Shown here in pieces: positions 9,046 through 17,988 of a stretch of DNA of 64,000 nucleotides (the stretch's first letter is position 1; each line of letters opens with the position of its first letter). The stretch spans positions 352,001 to 416,000 of the forward strand of contig OZ245002.1 in NCBI GenBank assembly GCA_965223415.1, written 5' to 3'. A program made the translations under genes and the position numbers. Source of the DNA: Myxococcota bacterium (GTDB taxonomy: Bacteria; Myxococcota_A; UBA9160; UBA6930). The notes under the pieces were generated by a model that had not been told where the DNA came from, ran no database searches, and was given only the letters and a program-made list of their open reading frames with translations.

Positions 9046-9938
9046 CAGAAGAGGTGCACCGCCACCACGTGGACCGTGGCCGCGGCGAACAGCAGGACCG
9101 CCAGGGGTAGATGGATCGCGTGCCACAGGGCGAAGAGCCGCTCCCAGGCGCTGAACTGGGCGACGCGAACCGCCGCGTTCAGGTATTCGAGGAGGGCGCT
9201 CTCGAGGAAGGCCATGTCGGCGCGTCCGCTCGCCCGCAGCCCGCGCACACAGCGTCGATGCAGGGCGCGACTGCGGGGGCCTACCGTGAAGAAGCGCAGG
9301 AGGGACCCGATCAGCCCCGGCGCCCGATCGAGGGCCCAGCGCTCGTGGGTTTCCAGGACCGGAACGAGCTCCGGCAGCAGGTCGGCGACGCGCTCGACCG
9401 CGCCGAAGCCCTCTTCGCGATCCGTCTCGAGCTCCGCCAGCGCGCGCCGCTCGCCGAACAGTCCGCGGTGGATGCGTGCGTAGAGGAAGCGGCCCACGTA
9501 GCCGCTCGCCGCCACCAGCAGCATGGAGAGCAGCGCGACGCTGCTGTTGAACGAGCCGAGCTGGAAGTTCGAGTGGAACAGGATCGCCGTGGGCCCGACG
9601 ATCCCGAGCACCATGTGGGTGCGGAACCAGGAGGCCAGGCCCCGGGCGCCGCCAGCGGCCCGCCGCCGCTTGCGCACCGAGTAGCCGAGTAGCGCCACCA
9701 GGCAGGTCAGGCCGACGATGCCCAGCGCGTAGCCCGCTCCCCGCTCCGGCGTCAGGTACATCTCATCGCGAACCGACCAGCCCAGGGCGAGGAGTCCGCC
9801 GCAGACCAGCGAGACCAGCCCGATCGTGAGCTCGCGGCGCGGCGCGGCGTGCAGGCGCTCTCGCGCTGCGCGGATCGCGGCATCCTGGTTCGCCCGGGCA
9901 TCCGCCTCGCGCGTCGCGTCGTCGGGAGCGGCCGTCAT
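9045..9938 (-). CDS. Inner-membrane protein with putative heme-b His ligands (cytochrome b / ferric-reductase-like)
   Basis: Several TM helices; WFRTHMVLG...ILFHSNF and WHAIHLPL...TVHVVAVH motifs. Confidence 0.8.
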   Translation of the reverse strand: MTAAPDDATREADARANQDAAIRAARERLHAAPRRELTIGLVSLVCGGLLALGWSVRDEMYLTPERGAGYALGIVGLTCLVALLGYSVRKRRRAAGGARGLASWFRTHMVLGIVGPTAILFHSNFQLGSFNSSVALLSMLLVAASGYVGRFLYARIHRGLFGERRALAELETDREEGFGAVERVADLLPELVPVLETHERWALDRAPGLIGSLLRFFTVGPRSRALHRRCVRGLRASGRADMAFLESALLEYLNAAVRVAQFSAWERLFALWHAIHLPLAVLLFAAATVHVVAVHLF

Positions 9939-10035
9939 CGGAGTCTCTCGTCGGCAGCGGCGTCACACGCCGTCACCCCTGCATCGGCGATCCCGGGTCG
10001 CGGGTTGACCCGCGGGTCGCCCGGAGGCGGAAGAG

Positions 10036-10404
10036 CTACACGCCGTCCTCCCGCGGGTCGTACTCGACCCGCAGGACCTCGAGCTCTCCCGTGCGCCCGT
10101 CCGTCACGAAGAGGATGCGACCCTGGCCGACGTACCTCCACTCGGTGCGACGCTCGTCACTACCGAGGTAGAAAGGAACGAAGGCCCAGAAGGTCGGATA
10201 GCGGCGATGGGAGGTGGGCCGGCCGAGGGCCGTCCGCACCTCGGCCGTGCCCATGCCCTGCTCCACCAACGCGAAGGGATGGCCGTGAGGGGGCGCGGTA
10301 TAGGCCGGCTCCCGCTGACGCAGCTCGTCGGCGGCGCGCGGCGTGGGATGGGGTGCACAGCCGACGGCCAGGCTCGCGAGGATCAGCAGGGCCCACGCCT
10401 TCAC
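10036..10404 (-). CDS. Small lipoprotein, SmpA/BamE-like
   Basis: Lipobox LAVGC; GMxxxEVRxxLGxP motif. Confidence 0.7.
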   Translation of the reverse strand: MKAWALLILASLAVGCAPHPTPRAADELRQREPAYTAPPHGHPFALVEQGMGTAEVRTALGRPTSHRRYPTFWAFVPFYLGSDERRTEWRYVGQGRILFVTDGRTGELEVLRVEYDPREDGV

Positions 10405-10730
10405 TGGGTGCGCCGCTCCAGGATCTCGTAGAAGCCACCCTCGAGGGCGCCGAACAGCTCCGGCACCTGGGGGTGGCCGATCGGCTCACCGCTGGGATCG
10501 GGCTCCAGGTTCTGCTCGGAGACGTAGGCCACGTAGGTGGCCTGATCGTTCTCGGCGAGCAGGTGGTAGTAGGGCTGGTCCTTGCGCGGGCGCACCTTCT
10601 CGGGGATCGAGAGCCACCACTCCTCGGTGTGATCGAAGACGGGATCGATGTCGAACACGACACCGCGGAACGAGTAGATGCGATGGCGCACCACCTGGCC
10701 GATTCCGTAGCGCGCGACCCGCTGCTCCAC
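10401..10730 (-). CDS. hspQ: Heat shock protein HspQ
   Basis: YGIGQVVRHRIYSFRGVVFDIDP...RPRKDQPYYHLLAEN...YVSEQNL. Confidence 0.9.
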   Translation of the reverse strand: MEQRVARYGIGQVVRHRIYSFRGVVFDIDPVFDHTEEWWLSIPEKVRPRKDQPYYHLLAENDQATYVAYVSEQNLEPDPSGEPIGHPQVPELFGALEGGFYEILERRTQ

Positions 10731-10860
10731 GTTGCGAGCGTAGCGGGAGCCCGGTCTGGGAGCCGGCAGGAAGGCCCCCGCGAGACGCAACTCCCGTCGC
10801 AACTCCCCGTGCGGGTAGGGGGATCCGGGAAACATGCCGGCGGGGCGAGAATGTGATGGA

Positions 10861-10911
10861 CGTGGGAAAAGTTCCCACGATATGATCCGATGAGTGGGAA
10901 ACATTCCCTCG
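10861..10911. promoter_or_regulatory. Two palindromic operators (GTGGGAA-N3-TTCCCAC) flanking a TATGAT -10 box
   Basis: CGTGGGAA-AAG-TTCCCACG (10861-10879, perfect 8-3-8); GTGGGAA-ACA-TTCCCTC (10894-10910); TATGAT 10881-10886; TGGACG 10857-10862 as possible -35. Confidence 0.75.
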
Positions 10912-10939
10912 TTTCTTCCATCGCTCACAGGAGATCCCC

Positions 10940-11443
10940 ATGACCTTCCGACCCATCCGGCTCGCCCTCCGAGGCGTGCTCGCCGCCGGGGCCCTGGCCC
11001 TGGCTCCGGCCGCCTGGGCCCAGACCGCGCTGACGACCGCCGAGGCCCCCCCGGTGGAGATCGACCGGGGCGCCCTCGACTTCCACCAGGTGGCCCCGAA
11101 ACCCACCGACCCCCCCCTCGTCTACGAGACGGCCCTCGTACTCACGAACACCGGCAACGTCGGCCACCGCGTGATCTGCAAGGCCTTCGACGACGACGGC
11201 CAGGCCGTCGGCCGCGCCGCGACCTTCGTGCCCGCCCTGGGCCTGCGCTACCTGCTCGCCTCGGACTTCACGGGTGGTGCGCCCCTGCTCGGCCAGGTGC
11301 AGTGCGCCACCCGGACCTCCATCACCGGCTCCGCCTTCCTGCTGGGCGGCGGCGCGGGCATCACCGAGGTTCCGGTGTCCCAGACCCGCTCGCGGCGCAA
11401 GCACGCGACCCGCATCCAGTTCCCCGTGGTGTTCACCCAGTAG
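10940..11443 (+). CDS. Secreted hypothetical protein (beta-rich, 2 Cys)
   Basis: AGGAGA RBS; signal peptide ending AWA; coding-like codon usage. Confidence 0.8.
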   Translation: MTFRPIRLALRGVLAAGALALAPAAWAQTALTTAEAPPVEIDRGALDFHQVAPKPTDPPLVYETALVLTNTGNVGHRVICKAFDDDGQAVGRAATFVPALGLRYLLASDFTGGAPLLGQVQCATRTSITGSAFLLGGGAGITEVPVSQTRSRRKHATRIQFPVVFTQ

Positions 11444-11505
11444 TCGCCAGGGTTCGGGGCCCGGGAGCCACCACGCGACCCTCCCCTCCTCCCGGGTCCC
11501 GCTCT

Positions 11506-11542
11506 CGCGAGCCGCCGGCGTCGAGCACGCCGGCGGCTCGCG
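11506..11542. terminator. 16-bp perfect hairpin between convergent genes
   Basis: CGCGAGCCGCCGGCGT-CGAGC-ACGCCGGCGGCTCGCG; no clear U-tract. Confidence 0.55.
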
Positions 11543-11585
11543 GCCTACTCCGAGCAGTCCCTTCGGTCATCGACCCGGGCCCCGC

Positions 11586-12797
11586 CTAACGAACCGGCAC
11601 CGCCTTCACGTCCCCCGGCACCGGCCGGATCCGATCCGCCCCGGGCGTCTTCGGCCGGCGATTCGGAGCGGGCGCCGGGCGCGGGCTCGGAGCGGGCGCG
11701 GGCTTCGGTGCCGCCCGCCCTGGTGCCAGCGACGGGGGCTCCGAACGGCCCTGCGGCGGGGCGACCACACCCCCGGGCTGGATCGCCGGCGGCACCGGCG
11801 GCGGCTTGGGGGGGGACGGCAGGCGGATGGTCTCGACGGCGACGACCGCGCCATGGTGAAGCCCCTGGACGAGGACGCGGGTGTCCGCCGCCAACGCGGC
11901 TGCCGGAGCGGCATCGGGTGCGAGGGCCAGGGCGAAGGAGCCGACCCGCAGGTCCCCTTCGGGCCCTCGTCGGACGAAGCCTTCCACGGACACCCGGGCC
12001 AGACCGGCGCGCCGCGCCAGCTCCGCGGGATCCGGGAGCTCGATCCGCGGCCGCCGCAGGGGGCGCCGCTCGACCCGACTCGCGAAGACCACGCCGTCCC
12101 CGCCGACCAGGCCGCTCACTTCGACGACGTGACCCACCTCCAGGGCGGCGACCTCGACGGGAAGGCCGCTCCGGCCGTCGACGACGAGGGCGTCGTCCAG
12201 GAGCGCGATGCTCCGGCCGTCCACCTGGAGCAGCGCGCCGCCGGCCCGGATCGCCTCGATCGGTCCGGCGGCCGCGAGGATCACGTCGACGCGGGTGGCG
12301 TGGAGGGCGCCGTCGCGCTCCCGTGCCTCGAGCCACAGCACCTGCCCGACGCGCAGGACGTCCGTGGAGGCCGAGGCCCCGTGCAGGGCCACCGGCGTCG
12401 CCGGGTCGAGGATCACCTCGTGGCCGTTCACGCACAGGCTGCCGAAGCCGGTCAGGGTGCCGAACAGCCCGGTCCCTCCCGGGCCCTCCCGTGTGGCGGA
12501 GGCGCCGGTTCCGCCGAGGCCGTCACGCTCGCGGCCGGTACCGCCGATCCCGTCCTCCGGGTCCCCGCGGCCGGTGCCGCCGATCCCATCCTCCGGGTCC
12601 CCGCGGCCGGTGCCGCCGATCCCATCCTCCGGATCGCCCCGGCCCGTGCCGCCGATGTCGTCGGAGGTGAGCGCCAGGAGCTCGCCGCCGGGCGCTTCGC
12701 AGGCCGCGGACGCGGAGTCGGGCGCCAGGGCCAGCAGCAGCCCGAATGCGGCCGGCGCGAGCCGACGGACGACGCCGAGAGCCATCTCAATCCTCAT
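11586..12797 (-). CDS. DUF5666-type secreted protein with GIGGTG repeats and Pro-rich tail
   Basis: Signal peptide; GIGGTG repeats then GTLTGFGSLCVNG; repeated L.VG.VV.V.G modules; overlaps end of DUF6502 gene. Confidence 0.8.
   Translation of the reverse strand: MRIEMALGVVRRLAPAAFGLLLALAPDSASAACEAPGGELLALTSDDIGGTGRGDPEDGIGGTGRGDPEDGIGGTGRGDPEDGIGGTGRERDGLGGTGASATREGPGGTGLFGTLTGFGSLCVNGHEVILDPATPVALHGASASTDVLRVGQVLWLEARERDGALHATRVDVILAAAGPIEAIRAGGALLQVDGRSIALLDDALVVDGRSGLPVEVAALEVGHVVEVSGLVGGDGVVFASRVERRPLRRPRIELPDPAELARRAGLARVSVEGFVRRGPEGDLRVGSFALALAPDAAPAAALAADTRVLVQGLHHGAVVAVETIRLPSPPKPPPVPPAIQPGGVVAPPQGRSEPPSLAPGRAAPKPAPAPSPRPAPAPNRRPKTPGADRIRPVPGDVKAVPVR
12469..12662 (-). repeat. 36-bp coding tandem repeat (EDGIGGTGRGDP)n
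   Basis: About three near-identical 36-nt units plus degenerate GGTG copies. Confidence 0.9.
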
Positions 12798-13623
12798 CGG
12801 AGCCGCCCTCGTCGGCGCCGAAGAAGTAGAAGCCCAGGGTGATTCGCCGGCGGCCCCCGCCCGCCTTCCCGTCGCGGCGCTTCAGGGCTCGAGCCCGCCG
12901 GTTCACCCGTTGCAGCGCCTCCATCCCCGCTTCCTCGGACAGCCCGAGCAGCTCGTCGGCGGAGCGCTCCGAGAGCCCGCCGTAGTAGACGGCGCGATCC
13001 GGCATGAGCGGGCGCTCGCCCCGCAGGTTGTGGGCGGCCGCCGCCAGGTGGTCGCGGGTGTTGCGCCCGAAGAAGAACGCCTGCTCGTCGAAGTCGTCGC
13101 TGGGAACGAAGGCGTCGGTCTGCAGATGGACGCGATCCTCCTCGTCCAGACGCGCCACGCCGAGCCGCAACCATTCGTCGAGCACCGCGCGGGGACGGAT
13201 GTCCGTGCTGACGGACGCGACCAGGGCGTCGAAGCTGCCGCTGGCGCCGCGGCGCGGCAGGGGGATGGGCCGGCCGTCCCCGTCGAGGTAGGCCTCCTCG
13301 CTGGTCCAACGAACCGCGATCGCGGCGCCGAGCGGCGCGTGCCGGGCGTGGGGCTCCTTCGGGTCCCCGCCCTCCTCCCGCAGCCGCCGCACGTCCTTGC
13401 GGTGGACGCCGGTCAGCAGGCTCACCCGGGCGTCGGTCTGGGCGCGTCCCTCGAGGGGCAGCTCGTCCCGGGCCACCTCCACGTAGACCTCCTTCAGCAG
13501 GCGGCTCAGGAGCGGGAACGGCACCTGGTGGTCGAGCAGCAGCCGCACCAGGGGCCGGAGCAGCAGGCGCAGGGCGGCCAGCACCGCAGGGCGCGGACCA
13601 GGCTGGGGTACGTCGCCGGGCAT
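12787..13623 (-). CDS. DUF6502-type protein with N-terminal HTH
   Basis: LRLLLRPLVRLLL...LKEVYVEVA...TDARVSLLTGVHRKDVRRLR; SFDALVASVSTDIRPRAVLDEW; DHLAAAAHNL. Confidence 0.82.
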   Translation of the reverse strand: MPGDVPQPGPRPAVLAALRLLLRPLVRLLLDHQVPFPLLSRLLKEVYVEVARDELPLEGRAQTDARVSLLTGVHRKDVRRLREEGGDPKEPHARHAPLGAAIAVRWTSEEAYLDGDGRPIPLPRRGASGSFDALVASVSTDIRPRAVLDEWLRLGVARLDEEDRVHLQTDAFVPSDDFDEQAFFFGRNTRDHLAAAAHNLRGERPLMPDRAVYYGGLSERSADELLGLSEEAGMEALQRVNRRARALKRRDGKAGGGRRRITLGFYFFGADEGGSDED

Positions 13624-13626
13624 AGG

Positions 13627-13645
13627 CGTGGGAAAATTTACCACA
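13627..13645. promoter_or_regulatory. Third GTGGGAA-N3-TTCCCAC-type operator over the DUF6502 promoter
   Basis: CGTGGGAA-AAT-TTACCACA, 3-4 bp upstream of ATG 13623; overlaps minus-strand extended -10 TGGTAAATT. Confidence 0.7.
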
Positions 13646-13697
13646 TGGAGGAGTGCCCCGGGGGGTGCTCCAGGTGACGCCCGGCCGGGGCCGAGGG

Positions 13698-15938
13698 TCA
13701 GGCCCGGGGCCGAACCAGCAGGGCGAACAGGCCCGTCGCGGCCAGCAGGGGAGCCGTCCAGCCGGCCGCCGCCGGAGAGAGCTGGCCCCCCTGGCCGAGG
13801 GAGGCCGCGACGTCGCCCGCCAGGAGGTAGGAGACGCCGATCACGGCGCACAGCACCAGGTTGCGCGCGGCGGACGGCGGGCGTCGCGAGCGCACCGCGA
13901 CCAGCAGGGCGATGGCCGGGAGCAGCAGGCAGGCCACGGGCCCGGCCAGCTTGCGATGCCACTCGATGCGCAGGGGCAACGCCGGATACCCACTGGCCTG
14001 GGCGGCGTGGATCTCCACGGCGAGGCTGTGGGCGGAGTGGTGCATCGGGTCGATCTCCGCGCGGCGAGCCTCGCCGAGCGCATAACGACCAGGCGGCTCG
14101 ACGCGCTGGAGCCCCCGCTCGGAGATCAGCACCGCCTCGGCCCCGACCAGCTCCCACTCGCCTCCGCCGACGTGACGCGCCTCCCTCGCGTGGATCCGCG
14201 CCGAGGGCAGCCCCGAAGGCCCTACCTCGTACACCACCAGGTCCGGGATTCGCCCCCCGGCGAGGCCGGCGCGGGAGGCGCGCACGAGCTGCCCCTCCAT
14301 GCGATACCAGGCCTCCGTCCCGCCGCCTTCGGCGCGGTCCTTGATGCGCTCCACCTTGATGCGATCGGCCCAGGCGTTGGTGCGGGTGACGAGGGCGTCG
14401 TTGAGCCAGAAGTCGAGTGGAACGATCACGGCGGAGAGGACCAGGACCGGAAGCAGGGCGCGTCCCAGGCGGATGCCGCAGGTCTGCATCGCGAGCAGCT
14501 CCCCACGCACGGTGAGGAGACTCACCGTGAGTGCGCTTCCCGCCAGCAGGCCCATCGGCACCACCCGGGAGGCGAGGAGCGGCGTGCGAGCGGCGTAGAA
14601 GTGGAAGATCTCCCCGACATCGGCGCGGTGTCGCGCGAACCACTCGAGACGTTCGAGCACGTCGATCAGGAAGTAGGCGACGAAGAGTGCGCCGAAGGAG
14701 AGCACCGCCGCGCTCGCGTACACGCCGAGCACGTAGCGGTCGAGCACGTAGCGCACCCCGACCGGCCGCTTCATGGCGTCGGCGCTCGAAGGCGCCGTCC
14801 GATCGGGCTCCTCGTCGAAGGGATCTCGCGCGAGCCGGGCCAGCAGCAGCGCGAGCAGCAGCAGGACCACCCCGGGCGGCGTCCACACCGCCAGCGCCAC
14901 CGGGTTGGAGGGATCGCGGAGCATCGCGTCGGCGAGCTGCACGAGGCCGTAGTAGCCAGCGGTGAGGAAGAGGCCGGCGGCCGCACCGCCCGATCGGGTG
15001 AAGCGACGGCTCGCCAGGGCGAGGGGCGCGGCGAGCACCCCGAGCAGGAGTGCCGCCATGGGATGGGCGAAGCGCCGGTGCAGCTCGGCCTGGACACGCC
15101 GCGGGTCGGGACCCCCGACGGTCGGCTCGAAGCGGGCCAGCGCCCCGGTGGAGAGGGCCGCCAGCTCGTCGCCCGGCGCCTCCTCCTCCGAGAGGTGGAG
15201 ACGCGTCTCGAACTCGTCCACCTCCACGTGCTGGCCGCCGCCGGCCGGCGAGCCGAGCAGCGAGGCGTCCTCGAGGCGCAGCACGAGCTCACCGCGTGCG
15301 GCGGTCTCGACCTGGCCCCGCTCCCCGAACACCGCCTCCGCGATGTCCGGCATCCACAGGAGCACCCCGCGCAGGTCCGTGCCGTCCGCCGAGACCTCCC
15401 GGGCCAGGAGCTGGCGCTCGCCGAACTCGACGACGCTGCCGGCGCTGATCAGCGCCCCGGGCTGCTCGCGCTGAATGCGATCGAAGGTCGCCTCCAGCGC
15501 GGCCCGCGACAGCGGCGCCGCCCACAGGGCCAGCACGGCCGATAGCGCCCAGCCGACGACGGCGACCCCCAGGACCGGGACCACGAGCTGGATCCGCGCC
15601 AGCCCGAGGGACTCCATCGCCAGGACCTCCCGGTCGGCCTTCAGACGTCCCAGCGCCACGAGCACCCCGATCATGACGGCGAAGGGCAGAGTCTGCGCAA
15701 GGACCGGCACGATCTCGAGGCCCGCGATGCGGGCCACGGCCCCCACTCCGAGGCCGCGGTTCACGATCCAGTCGGCGTAGGCGAGAAGACTCTTGGTCAG
15801 GAACGCGACCGAGAGGCCCGCCAGCGCCACGCCCGCCGGAATCGCCACCTCGCGCCGGACCGCCCGGCGCAGGATCCTGCCGAGCCCGGCCTCGCCGGGC
15901 CTGCCGCGACGCGGCTCGATCTGTAGCCCCGCTGCCAC
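13698..15938 (-). CDS. Fused LptF-LptG (YjgP/YjgQ x2) permease; start approximate
   Basis: Two YjgP/Q-like halves: LPFAVMIGVLVALGRLKADREVLAM...ELHRRFAHP and VLDRYVL...RGELLAMQTCG...EWHRKLAGP. Confidence 0.85.
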   Translation of the reverse strand: MAAGLQIEPRRGRPGEAGLGRILRRAVRREVAIPAGVALAGLSVAFLTKSLLAYADWIVNRGLGVGAVARIAGLEIVPVLAQTLPFAVMIGVLVALGRLKADREVLAMESLGLARIQLVVPVLGVAVVGWALSAVLALWAAPLSRAALEATFDRIQREQPGALISAGSVVEFGERQLLAREVSADGTDLRGVLLWMPDIAEAVFGERGQVETAARGELVLRLEDASLLGSPAGGGQHVEVDEFETRLHLSEEEAPGDELAALSTGALARFEPTVGGPDPRRVQAELHRRFAHPMAALLLGVLAAPLALASRRFTRSGGAAAGLFLTAGYYGLVQLADAMLRDPSNPVALAVWTPPGVVLLLLALLLARLARDPFDEEPDRTAPSSADAMKRPVGVRYVLDRYVLGVYASAAVLSFGALFVAYFLIDVLERLEWFARHRADVGEIFHFYAARTPLLASRVVPMGLLAGSALTVSLLTVRGELLAMQTCGIRLGRALLPVLVLSAVIVPLDFWLNDALVTRTNAWADRIKVERIKDRAEGGGTEAWYRMEGQLVRASRAGLAGGRIPDLVVYEVGPSGLPSARIHAREARHVGGGEWELVGAEAVLISERGLQRVEPPGRYALGEARRAEIDPMHHSAHSLAVEIHAAQASGYPALPLRIEWHRKLAGPVACLLLPAIALLVAVRSRRPPSAARNLVLCAVIGVSYLLAGDVAASLGQGGQLSPAAAGWTAPLLAATGLFALLVRPRA

Positions 15939-16024
15939 GTCCGCTATGGTGCCGGCGGCCGGGGCGGGGCGAGACCCTGCCTGCGCGGCCCGCACGGATG
16001 GAAAGAGGGAGGGGAAGCGCGCCC

Positions 16025-16810
16025 GTGAAGGCGATCCTGTTGAGCGCCGGCCAGGGGCGCCGGCTCGCGCGCGCCACCGACGGCGCTCCCAAGTGCCTCG
16101 TGCGGATCCATGGAGGTCGCTCCCTCCTCGAGCTGCAGCTGCGCGCCCTCGCCCGCTGCGGGATCGAGCGGGCCGTCGTGATGGTCGGCTACGGCGCCGA
16201 GCGCGTCGAGTCGGAGCTCTCGCGGGTGGTGGTGCCGGGGCTCAGCGTCGCCACCGAGTACAACCCCTTTTCCGCAACCTCCGACAACCTGGTCACCGCC
16301 TGGCTGGCCCGGGCCGCGATGGACGAGGACTTCCTGCTCCTGAACGGCGACACCCTGTTCGAGGACGGCGTGCTCCAGCGCCTGCTCGCGAGCGCCCGGG
16401 CGCCGGTCTCCCTCGCGACCGCCCGCAAGCCCAGCTACGACGACGACGACATGAAGATCGTCCTCGCGCCGGACGGCAGGCTCCGGGCCATCGGCAAGGT
16501 GCTGCCGGGCCTCAACCCGGACGGCGAAGCCATCGGCATGACCCTCTTCCAGGGCGAGGGCGTCGACGGCTTCCGTCGGGTGCTCGACGAAATCGTGCGG
16601 GCGCCGGAAGCCGGTCGGGCCTGGTACACGTCGGCCCTCGACGGCCTGGCCGGCCGGCTGCGCGTCGAGCCCGTTCCGATCGGCAGCCGTTGGTGGGCGG
16701 AGGTCGACACGGTGAGCGACCTGCGGGCGGTCCGCGATGCCTTCCACCGGCTTGGTGACGACGCCCGACCCGAAGAGACGCCGCAGCGCGCCGCCGCCAG
16801 CTACGCCTAG
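16025..16810 (+). CDS. Phosphocholine cytidylyltransferase-family (LicC-like) nucleotidyltransferase
   Basis: KAILLSAGQGRRL...PKCL; LLNGDTLF; YDDDDMK; WWAEVD. Confidence 0.88.
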   Translation: MKAILLSAGQGRRLARATDGAPKCLVRIHGGRSLLELQLRALARCGIERAVVMVGYGAERVESELSRVVVPGLSVATEYNPFSATSDNLVTAWLARAAMDEDFLLLNGDTLFEDGVLQRLLASARAPVSLATARKPSYDDDDMKIVLAPDGRLRAIGKVLPGLNPDGEAIGMTLFQGEGVDGFRRVLDEIVRAPEAGRAWYTSALDGLAGRLRVEPVPIGSRWWAEVDTVSDLRAVRDAFHRLGDDARPEETPQRAAASYA

Positions 16811-16812
16811 CA

Positions 16813-17988
16813 TCACGAGGGGCCTCCCCCCGCCTCGGACAGCATGGCGAGCCACTTGTCGACGACGGGCGCCACGGCGAAGTCGCGCGCACGACGGCGC
16901 AGGGCTTCCCGGTCCACCGGCTCGTCCAGGGCCGCGTCGATCGCCCGGGCCAGGGCCTCGGGATCGGCGACCGGCACCAGCTGCCCGAGGCGACCGCCGC
17001 GGAGGATCTCCCGCGGTCCGCTGGGGCAATCGGTGCTGACGATGGGGCAGCCGCAGGCCAGGGCCTGGATCAGGACGCCGGGGAGCCCCTCGTAGGCCGA
17101 GGACAGCACGAGCAGGCGCGCGCGCGCCATCCAGGCGAAAGGGTTGTCGCTGTAGCCGGCCAGCTCCAGATCGGCCTCCACGCCCAGGTCTCTCGCCAGC
17201 GTCTCGAGCGCCCGACGCTCGCGCCCCTCGCCGAGCACCACCAGGCGCGCAACGCGCTGCCGTCGCAGCCGGGCGAAGGCCCGGAGGAGGGTCGGGAAGT
17301 CCTTCTGCGCTGCCAGCCGACCCACCGCCAGCAGGACCGGTGGCTCGCCGGGGGCCAGCCACGGATGGGAGAGGGGCTTCGCCGCCGCCGCCTCCACCCC
17401 AGCGAGGCGCAGGGGATTGGGAAGCACGCGGATGCGCTCCCGCGGCAGGTCCGCCACCCGGGCCAGATCGTCGGCCACCCCCTCCGAGACGGCGACGATC
17501 GCGTCAGCGGAGGGATAGGCGGCGCGCACCCACGGGGCGAGCAGCGGGCGGCGCCGGAACGGGAAGCCCGCGTTGCGGACGGCCCGGGAGAGGTGGGTCC
17601 GCTGGCTCACCACGACGGGAATCGGCTGCCGCGCCAGCCGCCGCGCCGCCAGCAGCGAGAGGTTGACGTAGTGGGAAGCGGCGATCGCGGCCCGCGGGCG
17701 AACGCGCCGGAGGTAGCGGGCGAGCGCCGGCGTGCTGGCCAGGGTGCGGCGCCTCTTGCGAGCTCGCACCCACGGCAGCCGCGCCAGCCCGGCGTCGAGC
17801 TCCACCACCCGGATCGGCGGCGGAACCTGCTCGCGGAAGGGCCCGCGAGCGTGGGGCACCACCAGGTCGACGGGGACGCCCCGCTCGGCGATTCCGCCGG
17901 CCAGCGTGAGCATGGTCCGCTGCACGCCGCCCAGGCCCAGGCCCGTCAGCACGATCGCCAGCGGTGCCGGATCGCCTAACGAAGCCAC
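16813..17988 (-). CDS. GT4 family glycosyltransferase
   Basis: LGLGGVQR; VGRLAAQKDFPTL; SSAYEGLPGVLIQALACGCP. Confidence 0.92.
   Translation of the reverse strand: MASLGDPAPLAIVLTGLGLGGVQRTMLTLAGGIAERGVPVDLVVPHARGPFREQVPPPIRVVELDAGLARLPWVRARKRRRTLASTPALARYLRRVRPRAAIAASHYVNLSLLAARRLARQPIPVVVSQRTHLSRAVRNAGFPFRRRPLLAPWVRAAYPSADAIVAVSEGVADDLARVADLPRERIRVLPNPLRLAGVEAAAAKPLSHPWLAPGEPPVLLAVGRLAAQKDFPTLLRAFARLRRQRVARLVVLGEGRERRALETLARDLGVEADLELAGYSDNPFAWMARARLLVLSSAYEGLPGVLIQALACGCPIVSTDCPSGPREILRGGRLGQLVPVADPEALARAIDAALDEPVDREALRRRARDFAVAPVVDKWLAMLSEAGGGPS

Noticed and set aside
7501..9483. Long antisense ORFs opposite the cytochromes and other genes
   Set aside because: Mirror frames of GC3-biased genes with no motifs of their own.
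9953..9976. CGTCAC direct repeat / CRP half-site upstream of the 9938 gene
   Set aside because: Only half-sites, too short to separate from chance.
10786..10808. CGCAACTCCC direct repeat upstream of hspQ
   Set aside because: Two short copies with no other occurrence noticed; insufficient support.
12469..12662. Possible CRISPR array (36-bp periodicity)
   Set aside because: Contiguous in-frame coding repeats without unique spacers; no cas genes.
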